A DNA stretch of 64,000 nucleotides from Candidatus Bathyarchaeota archaeon (lineage in GTDB: Archaea > Thermoproteota > Bathyarchaeia > Bathyarchaeales > DTEX01): positions 6,742-70,741 of the forward strand of contig JAGTRI010000003.1 of the NCBI GenBank assembly GCA_018397065.1, in the 5' to 3' direction. This document shows, piece by piece, positions 64,000 through 64,000 of the stretch. A program made the position numbers and the translations under genes. The notes under the pieces are model-generated. The model searched no databases and had not been told where the DNA came from. It was given only the letters and a program-made list of their open reading frames with translations. The number at the start of each line of letters is the position of its first letter. Within the stretch, counting starts at the first letter, position 1.

Positions 64000-64000
64000 C

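Noticed and set aside
1-64000. CRISPR arrays, transposases/IS elements, prophage or toxin-antitoxin modules.
   Set aside because: No regularly spaced direct repeats, no DDE/serine/tyrosine recombinase-like ORFs, and no phage structural genes were seen on either strand.

Overview
Archaeal chromosomal window, densely coded on both strands: about 70 protein genes, 4 tRNAs and one stand-alone 5S rRNA. Archaeal hallmarks read from the ORFs and RNAs include GatD/GatE, ribosomal protein eS25, Trm1, a TrmB-type regulator and bulge-helix-bulge (BHB) tRNA introns. An MtrH-family methyltransferase and a RACo-type corrinoid activase hint at a Bathyarchaeia/TACK-like anaerobe; this is inference only, no search was run. 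Content is mainly housekeeping and metabolism: split and fused transketolases, nadX-nadC, a MoaD/MoaE/E1 ubiquitin-like module, two P-type ATPases (cation, copper), sugar/polyol oxidoreductases, an aminotransferase, an M42 peptidase and many small winged-helix proteins. I saw no CRISPR array, transposase, integrase or prophage signature. Points most worth a second look: (1) a tRNA-Trp(CCA) gene split by three BHB-flanked introns; (2) a ~160-bp intergenic element present twice, in inverted orientation, 16 kb apart; (3) a family of 3-4 uncharacterised two-domain winged-helix paralogues (39774-40250, 42802-44709) next to a stand-alone HerA/NurA-like pair, my best candidate for an undescribed system, with function unknown; (4) a cation P-type ATPase coupled to an HprK/PEPCK-fold P-loop protein; (5) homology-supported coding regions that the ATG/GTG/TTG ORF track misses (2Fe-2S domain of the RACo-like gene, a cyclophilin-like gene) and decayed genes (GH5 with in-frame TAG, half-size MFS, YdjC stub). 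All product calls rest on motif recognition by eye, not on database searches.
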